In this document: positions 12,400 to 25,881 of the stretch, in pieces | Numbering within the stretch: position 1 is the first letter of the stretch | Layout of the letters: every line of letters starts with the position of its first letter | Assembly: GCA_030264375.1 (NCBI GenBank) | Contig: JASCQW010000162.1 | Span: 34,098,853 to 34,162,852, forward strand | DNA length: 64,000 bases | DNA from: Carcharhinus longimanus | Taxonomy: Eukaryota | Direction of reading: 5' to 3' | Position numbers and translations under genes: made by a program | Notes under the pieces: generated by a model | Seen by the model: the letters and a program-made list of their open reading frames with translations, nothing else | Database searches by the model: none | What the model was told of the DNA's origin: nothing

Positions 12400-12970
12400 T
12401 GAGCCCAATAACACATAATCTCAGCATCCTGTTGAACTCTATCTGAGCTTTTAACACCCACCTCTTCCATCACTCGACATTTCTCCACTTATGCATACTT
12501 ATCAACCAACTATACTGCTCAAATCCTCATCCATTATTACAAGTTCTCTGATTTTCTCTCATGTGGTCTTTTCCTCTCCATGTTCAAACTTATGTGGAAC
12601 TAATCCTCCTCCCTCACAACTTCCCTCACTCATTTGGCCTTCATGTTCCCAGCAGATTAATTCCAAGATTCTGGGTTCTAGTTTTAATTTCCCTTCATGG
12701 CCTTTCACCATCCAAATTAGGAAACTGCCTTTGGCCATTTGTTTGCGTCCTCATTGCTTTGAAACTCCACATTACTGCATGTTCCCTGCTTTCTTCCAGA
12801 ACCATTTTATCTTGCTACTTCTCCCTCTGTTTTTCAAAGGCACCAAAGAAACAACCCTTCAGCTGTGCCTTCACACTCACCTCTTTATTCCCTGCTCAGC
12901 CTCTGACACTCTTTTATTGTGTTGTGAGATGTTCTCCTACATGAGAAGTGTTTAAGTGTAAACAGTTTAA
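12400..12970 (+). mobile_element. Old L2-like LINE 3' fragment
   Basis: Pyrimidine-rich decayed body ending in gtgagatgttctcctacatgagaagtgtttaagtgtaaacagtt, similar to L2 3' ends. Confidence 0.4.
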
Positions 12971-13699
12971 TCGTAATCCTTAGTGAAACATTGAAGTGCT
13001 GCACATTCATTAGTTTGAACCTGCATAACATTACTTCTTATTTTCCTCAATTAAAATTGAATGAATAAAGCACTATTCAAGTTTCCTCTCAAAACTTCCT
13101 GCACCTAATAGACCAGAATGTCTTTATTTCTTTCATTCCTTACACTTTCCTATTCATCTGCCTTGTTGGAGTTAATGCTGTATCATTTGTTAGCTTTAGC
13201 TCGGCTCCTAATTTGTCAGGAACTAATTCTTCTGTTACCCCTTGCAACGCTGACACCTGCAAGAATTCTCTCGTAACAGATGACTGCAATTAGTCACAAG
13301 TTACTGTTGATGTGGAAAGAATTCTTCTGCCTGAAGTAGTTTGTGTGAGAAATAGCCATCTGTGCCATGTCCTCACCACAGGACACTATAGTCACAGAAT
13401 AATTGTCTTGGCCAAAGTTCGAGGGTGTTCAGCTGCATGTTACCTTGTTGGTACTAGATGTCATCAAGGATACAAAACCAATAGGTCACCAAAAACTTCT
13501 GTAAAGCCAATTCCCATGCCTGCAAGAGCAGAATTTACATGAAGACATTTTCATTGTTAGAAATTATTTGGAGCTAATGATGTATGTTATCTCAGTGTGA
13601 GTTTTTCTGAGTAACCTGTTGCCATTACCACTAGGTTGACTAGTTGCCAAGATACTTAAAGTCTATTTTGTGCATACAATTTGAACACACCTTTCTAAA

Positions 13700-15240
13700 C
13701 TTCAGAAACCTTGCACAGCGAGTGTGATTTTGGCATTGAGTATAGAAAGCACTTGTAGTCTATATCCCATAAAGCTTGCAGCTTCAAATTAAAGGAAACG
13801 AATCAAAGTAGGTTAGAGTAATCTGTGAGTCTGTGATATGTGATTTTTGTTAAGGCAGCCCTAAGAAAAAGAAGTGATATGTAATGGTAAAAGCAACACA
13901 CAAGAGTATTTAAGACCCTGCTAATGCCTGACATTGTTGATGCGTTGAAGTAGGAGATGCACTTAAAGAAGACAGGCGCAAGGATGGCTGGTGAATGGAG
14001 AGCTGGTGCACGGAGGGTTGGTGTAATGAGGGCTGGTGTATAGGGGCTTGGTGTATGGAGGGTTGGTATTGGAGGACCGGTGTATGGAGGACTGATGTGT
14101 GGAGGGCCAGTATATGGAAGACTGGTGTACAGAGGCTTGGTGGATGGAGGGCTGATGTTGGAGGGCCAATGTATGGAAAACTGATGTACAGAGGACTGGT
14201 GAATGGAGGGCTGGTGTATGGAGGACTGGTGTACAGGGGCTTGCTGTATGGAGGGCTGGTGTTGGAGGGCCAGTGTAAGGAGGACTGATTACCGAGGACT
14301 GGTGAATGGAGGCTGGTGTATGGAGGGCTAATTGGGAGAAACATCCAGATGTCGGACCAAATAAGATCAATGGACAATCTTGCATAAAATCCCTGAACTT
14401 GAGACACTAGGAGAGACCACCAACCCTGATGAGTCAGTCCCACATCCAGTGAGAATTATTGGGCTTCCAGTCACCATTCTGAGACATCGAGATGTGGACG
14501 ATCAGCTCACACAGTTTGAAGAACTCATGGACGCAAAGGACAACTCTGACACCCGAACTCTGGGCACTGAGCTGGTGGAAAATATCACTGGGTTATTAGT
14601 GGGCAGGGGAAAATCTCCAAAAGAAGTTAAAGGGCCTCCCTGAGGTCAGCAAAGCAAAAATAAGACAAAAAAGTACAATTGTAACATAGGTACAAAGAGA
14701 TACCAGGCAAAGCAGAAAGCACTATGTTGAGTGACTCAGTTGCTCTACAACCAATAGGCCCCAAACAAAATCCTAACCCACATTTCTGGTTGCTGCCTAT
14801 TTGTTATGAATGCAAGGATCAAACAACAGACTGGAACAGCCGCACCTGTATGTTGCTGAGTGACATCATGCCAGAGATCAAGGCTTGTGGCCAAGCGTGG
14901 CTCCTTGTAGAAGTCTGGTATAATTTTCAGGAAAGATCAGAAAGTTGCAGTAGTTGATGTCACAGTCTGGTACAAAGATGACAACAAGGCAATTGAGATA
15001 GCGTGGGAAGAAAAAAAGTGGAAGTATGTACACCTTGGATCTGAGATTAAAGAAGGAAGCTCAAATCCCGACGTATATTGGCTTTGTATTGGGTGCAAGA
15101 AGAAAATGGCTCAAGATAAACAACAACCAATTTCAATTTCTCAACGTTCAGAGATAGAAGTCATTCACCCAGCAAATTTCCAAACTCAAAACATCCCGGA
15201 CGCTCCAAATGCTGCAAATCTTCAGTGACAGTAAGTTGGA
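13700..15240 (+). mobile_element. Degraded R2-like (RLE non-LTR) retrotransposon with RT region missing
   Basis: 14770-14823 ILTHISGCCLFVMNARIK (zinc-knuckle end). 14896-15060 RGSL*KSGIIFRKDQKVAVVDVTVWYKDD...AWEEKKWKYVHL. Near 15070 TYIGFVLGARRKWLKINN; near 15160 KSFTQQISKLKTSRTLQMLQIF. These follow the order and wording of R2 C-terminal motifs (KPD..F, VVDVTVRY, EK..KY..L, GF.LGARGKW). The 5' part (13700-14370) is only weakly recognisable. Confidence 0.8.
13985..14330 (+). repeat. 15/20-bp minisatellite (ggactggtgtatggag/ggctggtgtatggag variants)
   Basis: Visible tandem array; it produces the spurious Pro/His-rich ORFs 13910-14443. Confidence 0.9.
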
Positions 15241-17399
15241 TTACATTTCTATAGCCCATCTCCCTGCTGGTGGTGACAAGCCAACCCTCGGTTCCAGAGT
15301 GTGGCATTGTGAACGATGACAGAGTGTGGTGGGCACCAACACAGGGTGCAAAAATCATGACGGAAAAACAAAATAGTAACATATAAACACAAAATGGAAA
15401 AAAAAATGTAACCAGTAGAAAACCCCAGAAGTGAATGGTGATGGATAACTCATGTAATGCAGGACTATTGAATAAATGGTGCATGGTTAATTACACACTG
15501 ACGGGATGTTGCAGCAACACTATCAAATGATGAATTCTTGCAATAGTCCTCACACAACAAACTGGAATGGTACTCGAAACAACATGCTTGGTAACTTGAA
15601 AGAATCAGCCCCAAAACAGTAAGACACCAATGACCCCAGTCAACCCCTGTCTCAATATAATCCCAGTAAAGACCCCCGTTTGTGGTAAAGCTAGAAGTTT
15701 CAAAAATGTGGACAAGCCACGTAAAGGCTCAGGTAAGGCACTCACATTGTTTTCAAATAAGCCTTTGTAACAATACCCTGTCCCAAACAGGTAAACGGTC
15801 ACTGATAACAGGGCACAATATGTATTAAGCTTTCATTGTTTTTATCCTTGTGGTTCATTCATTGTACCTCATGCATATCCACAACACACCAGGACACACA
15901 GTTAAGATGTAAATTACAATTAAAATCTCCTTCATTATTACAGCATCTCAAGCGTACATTCCTGCTTGCAGCAAAATTTCATGCAGAAAATTGCCTATGA
16001 GTGAAATTGAAAAGGATGCAAACAATTAAAGAGTATGACAACTTGCTGTCAGAATAGTGAAACACAAATCCTTACAGCCTTAGGAGGACTTCAATAAACA
16101 TCTCAAACCATGACTTTTCTTTGGCTCAAGGGGAAAAAGGCTAAAAAGTGACAGGTAAGAATGAAGTAAAAGGAAACCAAGATACCGGCACAAATCTACA
16201 AAGAGGTGTCAGCAGCCCAACCCCCGTACTGTTTGATGGCTGCTGAAGTGAAGACGATGTTGCCTGAGGTAGTTAGGTAATAAGGAAGACCTGTTTCGAG
16301 TGACCTTTTATGCCACTTTCTGCCCACAGCTGTATAATTCAATGGGTGGTATTTTATGACCTCACTTGTCCTGAAACAATAAATTCCCACCCAAGGTCAA
16401 CGGGCCTTTCCATTGTCCGCCCCTCGTCCGCTCCGATTCCCATGGCAGGCGAGCTGGTAAAATTCCGGACAATATATCTCGAGAGAGAGAGCGAACCCAG
16501 TGCTTCAGTGGGGCTATCATTCTATGTTGCATGGTAGCTGTAAGTATTCTTACGTCTCTACTAAGCCAGAACCTCTGAATAAAGCTCCATATAATCCTTA
16601 TTAGGTTAGCATAAAGAAGCATGTAGCTGTTGGTGGTGGCATCTTGGTGGAAGTAGCTAAACAGGCTCTGTCGGCTGTTGTGTATTCAGATATGTCTTTC
16701 ATGGAGTGTCATTTTAATAGTTGATATCCTCTGAATAGAATGTTTCTGTTACAGACATGTGAAAATCTGCCTAGTTGCATGAGCAAGATGGATGAGGAAA
16801 GATGAAAGAGAACCATCTTCCCCATATAACTAGTCAGGTTTCACATGTCAGTACCACTGGCCTGGTATATCATTACTTGGGAACCGTAGGCTCTTTGTGG
16901 GCATGAGGGTGAACATATAACATCTGAGATGCTCTCTGACCTTCATCAAGAGTTCAGAGATGCATGGAGTTCCCAAGGGGACAGCCAATGTAGCACAGTG
17001 GTAACCGCAGAATGACTAGAAGGTCGACACACATCAAATGCCAGATTCTAAGATGAATACAGAGTGGCAAAAGAAGAACAAAAAGATCAACTAAAAGGGC
17101 TTAGAAATTACCTCAAGATTTAAGAAATAATTTTCTTGTGAGGAATCACGAACCTAACTTTCATATTCAGCACAGCAGCTATTCTAAATGATTAGGACCA
17201 TGAATGAGCATCTATCCTGCATAACATCACTGGAAACTTCCTCATAGGATGCTCCCTATTATGTAAATATTTTAACTTGGCTCCATTTCCAGCAACTGCT
17301 CTCAACCCCAACAAATATATGCAGCACACAAAATGCACTTAACCAACCAGCACGACAGATTTCCATCTAATTTAGTTATCAGGTTTTCCCAATCTACAT

Positions 17400-17730
17400 T
17401 GCGGCATGGCAGCAAAGTGGTTAGCACTGCTGCTTCTCAGCTCCAGAGACCTGGATTTGATTCACAGCTTGGGTCACTGTTTGTGTGGAGTTTGCACGTT
17501 CTCCCTGTGTCTGCATGGGTTCCCTCCGGATGCTCCGGTTTCCTCCCACAGTCCAAAGATGTGCATTGGCCATGCTAAAGGTTGCTCCTTAAGAGTCCCG
17601 GGATGCGTAGGTTAGAAGGATTAGTGGGGTAAATATGTGTGGTTATGGGGAGAGGGCCTAGATGGGATTGTTGTCAGTTCAGGCTCAATGGGCCGAATGG
17701 CCTTCTCTGCACCGTAGAGTTTCTATGATT
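17400..17730 (+). mobile_element. HE1-type SINE
   Basis: Head, core and tail match the other copies. Confidence 0.9.
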
Positions 17731-17877
17731 CAGTGGACTTGATCAGAAATTCTCAGCCTGCATATATAACATTGAGCCTCTACGTGTTCATAAACTGGTT
17801 TAGAATGAGTCTAGGATTATTTCACTATATTTCTTCAGCAAAGGTACAGATTTCAAGCAAGAGAACATAGAAACTAT

Positions 17878-17999
17878 GGGCCAAATTTTCCCATCCTGCC
17901 ACGGAAATTGTAGCAGCGGAAAACAGACCATATAAAGGTCCATTGACTGCGATCGTGATTTTCTGGTCTAGGGGCAAGTGCGGTCAGAAAATCCCACCC
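17878..17999 (+). mobile_element. Short MITE with GGG...CCC TIRs (Harbinger-like), second subfamily
   Basis: gggccaaattttcc...gaaaatcccaccc with internal aaaggtccattgac. Related copies at 32854-33000 and 16385-16468; more distant ones at 28410-28534 and 705-1006. Confidence 0.6.
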
Positions 18000-18814
18000 C
18001 TCTATCTCCTCTGCCTTCAGCCTGCAATTTCAGGCTCAGAGCATTGTTTGACTGCATTTCCCAGGCATAGGTCTGCCTCAAAAGGTTCATATGCCTGGAA
18101 AGCAAGGGAGCAAAGCCAACTAGTACAGGCCTGCAGTCTGCAGCGGCTGCAATGTCAGTCAGTCCATACGTCGCAGTCCGCTGAACTCTGGCTAAAAAAA
18201 ATGCCATGCAACACCTGGAAAACAAGGCTATTCATTTATATTTACAGATTAAATGTTGCTTCTCAAACCCTCCAACTTGAAGGGGACTGGGTGCAAAGAC
18301 TAAGGCCCATTTCCTGTCACCGCACTTTAATAGAATATTTGGCATGTAAACGGGAGGCACTGTGTTGTCATTTTCCCAGTAATGTCAATGCAGTGTTAAT
18401 GTAAGCCTACTTGCGACACGAATAAATAAACTTTAAACTTTTCCCCCTGTGTCTCTAACCTGGTGTTGTGAGGCTTCTTACTCTGCATAGGATTCCCATG
18501 CTTGCTGTAAGTGTCCCCAGTTCCCTTGGGGGAACTACCAGGATTTACATAGCTAAAATAAGCATGGTAATGCTAATAGAAAGACAAAGTGAAAATTCAG
18601 TTTGGAATATACATGCTGCCTTTGGAGTCCACAATGAAAACACTAAACACCCAATAAACAAGTTAAAAACCTTTGCTTCCAGCATGGAGCTCTGTTACCT
18701 GGGATTGTAGCCTGTGAAATGATAATGTCCACTAGGGCCACTACAATGAGAGACTTTTCTTATTGAGCAATTTAAATATGCATATCCGACTGACAATCAA
18801 CTCCATTCTCTCCT

Positions 18815-19107
18815 CATAGTATCTACAGTGCAGAAGGAAGCCATTTGGCCCATCCAGCATGAAACAACAAGGTTCTATCCCTGCAACCCATTATATTTGC
18901 CCTCCTCATCCCCTGACACGAAAGAGCAATTTAGCACGGCCATCAACTTAACCCGCATATCTTCGGACTGTGGGAGGAAACTGGAGCACCCAGAGGAAAC
19001 CCACATAGACACGGGGAGAACATGCAAATTCCACACATAGTCACCCGAGGCCGGAATTGAACCACGTCCCTGGCGCTGTGAGGCAGCAGTGCTAACCACT
19101 GTGCCAT
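18815..19107 (-). mobile_element. HE1-type SINE
   Basis: Reverse complement of head and core (gctaaccactgtgcca; ggactgtgggaggaaac). Confidence 0.9.
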
Positions 19108-19851
19108 GCCTCACCACTGTCCACCTCCCCAATCTTCCCTTGACAATCAACTTCTTTCACTCACCCTGCTAAGAAGAAATGCGGGTCGTTACCCTTCATC
19201 CACACTCCCTTTTCCTTTCTCCTCTAAAGTCAAACTGTGGCTTCTACCTTGCCTGGATCTAATGTTGGCCTCTTCCCGCCTCCCCCTCACTGCAATCTCC
19301 TGGCAAACCCTCAAAACTTCCCTTAGCCATTGACTTTTTGCAGCTCCCTTCAGTGGGGAAAGAAAATCAACCTATTTCTCCCACCACATTAAGATTAAAA
19401 CTTTCCCTCTGCTCCTTTCTAACCCCTGCACTACTGAAGAGAAAACCAGTGCTCTACCACCTAATCCCCACCCTGCATGAAAGCAAAAGTTGGCTCCAAG
19501 CTAGGACAACGCCCCCACCCCCATATGGTGAAAATTAACATTGTTTCACAGCACGCTGCTTCATTGAGAAGAAAATCAGCATTTGGCCGAGGGCCACCTA
19601 TTCTTTCCCTGCACCCTTTTGTGAGCTTCCTGGTCTATCGCAACTATCTTCCTCCTTCTCCTTTCCTCCTCACCCTCCTGCACTTCTGTGAAGGATGACC
19701 CATTGCCCCCATCTTCACTTTGAAGAAAATAATGCAGTGCGACCCACCCTTACTGCCCCAACTCTTTCTTCCACCGACTTCTTTTCCCTCTCTCCCAGTT
19801 CCTACCTCCCTCCCATCTGCCTGCCTCACCTCACTCTGCATCTACTTACGA

Positions 19852-20065
19852 TCATAGAATCATAGAATCCCAACAGGGGAAAAGGAGGCCATGCAGTCCA
19901 TTGAGTCTGCACCGACTCTCTGAAAGAGTATCTTACCAGGTCCACCCCTCTGCTCCATCCGCATAATCCCCACATTTTTCCAGCTAATCCCCCTAACTTG
20001 TAGATCCTTAGACATTAAGGGACAATTTAGCATGGCCAATCCACCTAAACTGCACATCTTTGGAC
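19852..20065 (-). mobile_element. HE1-type SINE, 3' part
   Basis: atcatagaatcatagaatcc tail followed by ...ctgcacatctttggact. Confidence 0.85.
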
Positions 20066-21582
20066 TTTCCATGTCCACTCCTCCACATGCTCTCCCAACT
20101 TCTACTCTCCTTCTATGCCTGAATGCAGTTATTCAGCCCACCTTCAAGCTTTGCTTGTCACCAGTGCTAAAACTAATCTCGACTAATCTAATGTTACTGT
20201 TCAGACAATACAGCTGGCTTCATCTGTCGCCGAGTCACATTGTGCATAATGTCTGGATTCAATAATTATATGACTGCAGTATTCTGTTTCCAATGCACAC
20301 ATCTTAAGTGTTTGCAGAGAGCAAGCAGCAGGAATTAATTTTTTTTTGCAGTTGGTAAACAATTTCATCAGCCTCTGTGGGTGATCAATGCTACATTCAG
20401 TCAAGCGACAGCTGCAGTCAATATTTTAGCAATGAGGATTCAGACATAAAGTTATCTATCAAGACACCATGGGGTATAAATCTGCTTTTGTAAAGAGAAT
20501 GCTAGTTATGTGTGATCAGGGTAGTGGGAGGTCCAACGCACCCACAGGACAGTAAAATCAATCTTCAGCTACAACAGGCGCATATGGGACATTTCTTCTG
20601 ATGCAATTAAGTATATTCCACCAGTGGGAGAGGATAATGTATGACTGAGGCCAGATGTTGACACCATAAGGGTCTATAGTATTCACCTAACAAAATATAA
20701 GGTGATTTTATACTCCCAGCAGTATTTATCACAGGCAATTCCTTCAAGATAAAAAGGTCAAATTTGCATAAAAAGTAAATTAATATTTTAAATAAAATAG
20801 GAGGGCAGTAGTGGGCAACCTTACATGGAAAGAATCATTTATAGCACAGGCACGGTGCTGCATATAAAGTAACTGCCTCCGACTATATACATTTTCTGGC
20901 CTTTTGTTGTACACACTGTTAAAAGAGAATGAACAATGAATATTAATAAACATCAATTAATTCTCTAGTTTGGGCTCAGATGAAAGAACTCAATCTTTTA
21001 GCTTTACTCAAATCCTACAAATTGTAAAATGAGCTTCCAACCGTTAAATTACCGTCAGCAACTAGCAATTTCCATTATTTATTTACCTTGTGTACATTGG
21101 TTTGGAAAAACAAAAGTGGTATCAAGGTTCAGAGAGAAGACATTTCACATGACTTTCAACAGCCAGCTTTTTTGTAATGGTAGTGATGATAGCAAACTGT
21201 CAGCATGAAACCTTCATTACTCCTCTGAAATTTATAGCAGTCTATAGTCCACACATGCACACTTAACCGTGGAAATCCAGAAAATACTATCCGTGATTCT
21301 ACATTTCTCAAATGAACAGGGCTGTGGAAATTCCTCCAGAGTTCCTCATGAGAACTTTCCATTTTACATTAATATACCACAGCAACAACTTTTGAAAAAA
21401 GTGTTTCTTAACACTAAGTTAATAATTATTGCTGAAAAACCTCTCTGGCCCTGAAAAAAAGAATTTTATATTTGTGAAATGCCAAAAATACTTATTTTAA
21501 GCTTAGTTATGAAATTTTAGCTTTTACTTTAATCCCAAAAGCATTCCCCAAGCATTTACTTCATTCTTGTGAACAAATGAGT

Positions 21583-21860
21583 AGCACGGTGGCACAGTGG
21601 TTAGCGCTATTGCCTTACAGCACCAGGGACCTAGGTTCAATTCCCAGCTTGGGTCACTGTTTGAGAAGAGTCTGCATGTTCTCCCTNNNNNNNNNNGGGT
21701 GTTCCAGTTTCCTCCCACAGTCTGAAAGATATGCTTGGCCATGTTAAATTTCCCTTAGTGTATCCAAACAGGTGCCGGAGTGTAGTGACTAGGGGGTGTT
21801 CACAGTAACTTCATTGCAGTGTTAATGTAAGCCTACTTGTGACACCAATAAATCAATGTT
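21583..21860 (+). mobile_element. HE1-related SINE with alternative 3' tail
   Basis: HE1 head and core, then acagtaacttcattgcagtgttaatgtaagcctacttgtgacaccaataaa. The same tail occurs at 18375-18440 and 50960-51060. Confidence 0.8.
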
Positions 21861-22229
21861 AAAAGTGAAGAACATCATTGCATTTTACTTCTTGGTTTGC
21901 TGTCAATCAGAATACTTTGATGTGATTGGCCACTTCCCGTGCTTGGCGACTTGGTTACCTTGAGATCCACTTGACTTGGTACCTGATTCAAATTCTTGTA
22001 GGGAAAGGGGAAGTTGACACTATAGAGGTGGCTGGTTCTTTGTGAGCAGCTTTCTTCAAGATCAGCAGCCAATACCATCATTTAGCCGATGATCACAAAA
22101 TTCGGCCTTCTATCGTTGAGGCTTTGGCATTAATCGGACACGATGATGCTCACATCATCAGACAAAATTCTGTTTTGTGTTTTCACAATTGTGCTTCATT
22201 TTAGCTGAGGGTGGAATGTTCCACGCATC

Positions 22230-22500
22230 TCAACTTGGGTTACTGTTTGTGTGAAGTTTGCACATTCTCCCTGTATCTGTGTGGGTTTCCTCCGGGTGCT
22301 CCAGTTTCCTCCCACTATCCAAAGATGTGAGGGTTAGGAGGATTGGCCATGCTAAATTGACTCTTAGTGTCCCAGGATGTGATAGTTTAGAGGGATTAGT
22401 GGGGTAATTAAGCAGGGATAGGGCCTTGGTGGGATTGGTGTCGGTGCAGACTTGATGGGGTGAATGGCCTCCTTCTGCACTATAGATATACTACTCTATT
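22230..22500 (+). mobile_element. HE1-type SINE
   Basis: Core and tail motifs present. Confidence 0.85.
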
Positions 22501-24717
22501 CTATTCTTCTTATTAAATGCAAATTATGTCACGCAACAGTGAAAAAACTATGCCAAGAAAGCACGTGATCTATATAATCTGTTTGAACAGGGATTTATTT
22601 CAGCAAAATAGCTGAAAATTATGTATTCAAATGAAGACAATAGACTCACCAGTGCCCTTTGTTTGGAAAAAGGAGTTAAACAACAAAAAAATCCAGTGAT
22701 GCTGTACAACATGCAGATTCCCATGTGCTAAACAATTCTAAAGAAGTGGTATGACAGGCGAAGCCGGATAAAAAGGATTTCCAGTTATTTCTCTTTGGCT
22801 AGAACTGTCCCACCCTGGAATTATTACAGATTTTCTCAAAGCAACACAAAAGCTCTATAGAATGAGACCGAAACTTCTGGCTGCCTTGCAAAAGTTGCCT
22901 TTATATTTAATATACACCACCGGGTCATTTTTCTCTTCAAATAGCACACCTGTCTCTCTTTCTATTGTTTCACCACACTATAGATACAGCCAGAGGACTT
23001 TGATCTTTTTCCATATTGTGGTAGATTTTCCTTTTCACTGCCTTGGTGGTGGTCTGGTGGGCCGCCACCTAGAAGATGAAGGCAAAGCTCCACCCCAGTG
23101 CGTGTCAAAGTCAACATGCTCGGTCATAGCCCATGTAAATAGGTGGTGACATGAAAGAAAGTTTAAAATGTCTGATTGACTGATCATTGCTTGCTACTGC
23201 TTACATGTACTGAAAATTCTAACACAGTCATTCTTGCAGAGATAATCTGTGAAATTAGATTGGGTTGTGTAAATCACATCAGGGCCAGCAAAACAGTCTG
23301 CCTCATCATTTGCATTTGATGTGCGCACTAAAATCATGAAAGTGAGTATCAATCTTCACTCAAAGAAATCTTTGTCTATTGCTTGCAGTATAGACGTATG
23401 CCAGAAGTAAACTTATGAACATTTCTCTTATTAAAAAATGCATTTGTTTTGTTCATCCTAATTAAATAACCTGAAAGTGCTGCTGAGATATCCTGTAACT
23501 CTTAACATTGTCATCAGGGTTTTCTCTGAGTCAAGCAAAATGGCCGCCAGGATTGCAGGGATTTCTGATTTTCAAGAGTGCCTTTGATGAGTGCGGGCTA
23601 ATTCAGGTCAAAAGCACGGGCCCTGCACTCCCAACCTGGCCGACTCCACTGAATGTCTGAGTCCTTTGCAACTTTCATGAAGTCGGGCCACATTTTCAGT
23701 GGGTCATGAGCACCTCTCAGGTGGATGATAGGCTGCATGAGGGGAACTTTTAAAAGGTAGGTTCAAAATGTCCTCCTCATGCCCCAACCCCATTGTTGTG
23801 GATCTGGAGTCACATGTAGGCCAGACCAGATAAAGATGGCAGATTTCCTTCCCGAAAGGACAGCAACGCTATTGACTCTTAAATGCCCTCAGGGATGGCA
23901 ATAAATGCTGGCCCGACCAGCAATGCCCAGTTCCTATGAATACTAAAAAAATCTTAAGGACCTCCAGCTTCAATGCACACAAGTTACTTAAGCCAGAGTA
24001 ACTGGCTATATAAGACACATTTGGAACACGGGTGCACAACTTTGGACATCTTACTTTAAAAAGCTAATGAAGCATTTTGGGTTAGTCAAGAATACGTTTT
24101 GGGGTTTTACTCAATTGGCTTTTGAGAATCAAAGGAAACCTAATACAGATTTATCTTCTTAGATATTTACTTTGGTTTTATTGACTTCCTCAGGAGACTA
24201 AATGGACTGGGTTAAGTTCAAGTCAGAACGAACTTCACAGGTCACAGAGTCTGTGGAAGAAATAGACCTGGTTGGCTCAATAGTCTCTTTTGATCTATGG
24301 TGTATTTTTCATATGGATCAGAACTTGTTAGAAAATCTAATTTCCCTACCAAAAACCATAACATGTATTTTTACTTCCTGGCAATTATCCGTTTATTTTG
24401 TGGTGGCAGATATTCTGAAAGAAAAGTATGGCCGAAGCTTCTTAGACTGGGGAATCTGCATCTATCAAATACATACACATAACAAATCTCATTCATCACT
24501 TACAGAGTCCTTTTCGAAACAAGAGCATTCTCAATTTCCAGCATAATTTAGGTTCCAAAGGACTGCACAGCCAGTTAATAACCTGCCTACTGAAGTCTAA
24601 ACCAATTTTCTGACAGATTTTCCCATCCATTTTATCAATAGATTCTATTCAAACAATCGGTGCAAAAGCTGCGGCCAGCTTTGAGAGAGGAACATGAGAG
24701 AACCTGGAATGGGAAAG

Positions 24718-24990
24718 GCCTCACAGTGCCAGAGACCTGGATTCAATTTCGGTCTTCATAGAATTTGCATGTTCTCCCCATGTCTGCGTGGATTTCCTCC
24801 AGGTGCTCTGGTTCCCTCCCACAGTCCAAAGCTGTGTAGGTTAGATTGAATAGCCATGCTAATTTGCCTCTTAGTGTCAGGCAGAGTAGGGTAAATACAT
24901 GGGGTTATGGGGATAGGACCTGGGTGGGATTGTTGTTGGTGCAGGCTCAATGGGCCAAATTGTCTCGTTCCGCACTATAAGGATTCCTCT
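24718..24990 (+). mobile_element. HE1-type SINE
   Basis: Core and tail motifs present. Confidence 0.85.
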
Positions 24991-25424
24991 ATGAATGTTC
25001 TGCCCTATCATGGACTATCCTGACATAGTTTCTAAAAGGTTTCTGCAGAACCTTTTACTGTCACACTCAGAAATAAATTAATCAGCACTTGAAAATAATG
25101 ATTTAATCATTCCTACTACATAATTCATTCAGTTGCAGTTGCGTTCCTGAGCATCACGTTCCTATGGTGCCAATTGTTCAGGTAAGAACAAGTTTTATGA
25201 ACCAATGTTTTTCAATACTTTTAGACCTAAACAAAGCCATATCAATGACTTAGCCCCATGATTCACCAATTGTGCAGGAGAGGGAATTAAGAAAGATTAG
25301 GATAACTAATGAGAAATAAAGATGCAACTAGCTGAAAAAAAGAAAATTTAAAATTAATGTAAACATTTGTTGCATCCACTGCATGTTGACAAAGTCCACT
25401 CAAGTGAGGCCATAATTAACAGAT

Positions 25425-25554
25425 GGGCTAAGGTTCTCCGGCTATCTGCTGGCGTTGCCAATGATAATGGAGAATTTGGCATTCAGCCTAACCTCCCTTC
25501 ACTGCAGCCAGACAGGAGAATCCTGGCTGCGAGTGAGGTTGGAGAATCTGGCCC
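25425..25554 (+). mobile_element. Short MITE with GGGC...GCCC imperfect TIRs (Harbinger-like)
   Basis: gggctaaggttctcc ... ggagaatctggccc. Related copy at 56046-56220. Confidence 0.6.
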
Positions 25555-25585
25555 ATAAGTTTGGCTTCATTTGGATCTGACATGG

Positions 25586-25881
25586 GGGCAACACCGTGGC
25601 ACAGTGGGTAGCACTGCTGCTTCACAAAGCCAGGGATCAAGGTTCAATTCCAAGCTCAGATGTCTGTCTGTGCGGAGTTTGCATATTCGCCGCTTGTCTG
25701 TGTGAGCTTCCTCTGGGTGCTCCAGTTTCCTCCCACAATCCAAAGATATGTGGGTTAGGTTGATTGGCCATGCTAAATTGACATTTACTGTCAGGGGAAT
25801 AGAATGGTAATGGCTTGGGTGGGATTGTTGGTGGTGCAGGCTCGATGCGCCCAATGGCGTCCTTCTTCACTGTAGGGATTC
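25586..25881 (+). mobile_element. HE1-type SINE
   Basis: Head, core and tail motifs present. Confidence 0.85.

Noticed and set aside
13910-14443. 177-aa and 140-aa Pro/His-rich ORFs
   Set aside because: Produced by a minisatellite that lacks stops in those frames.
16620-17000. Possible Tx1/L1-like 3' remnant (EFRDAWSSQG)
   Set aside because: Similarity too short and weak to call without a search.
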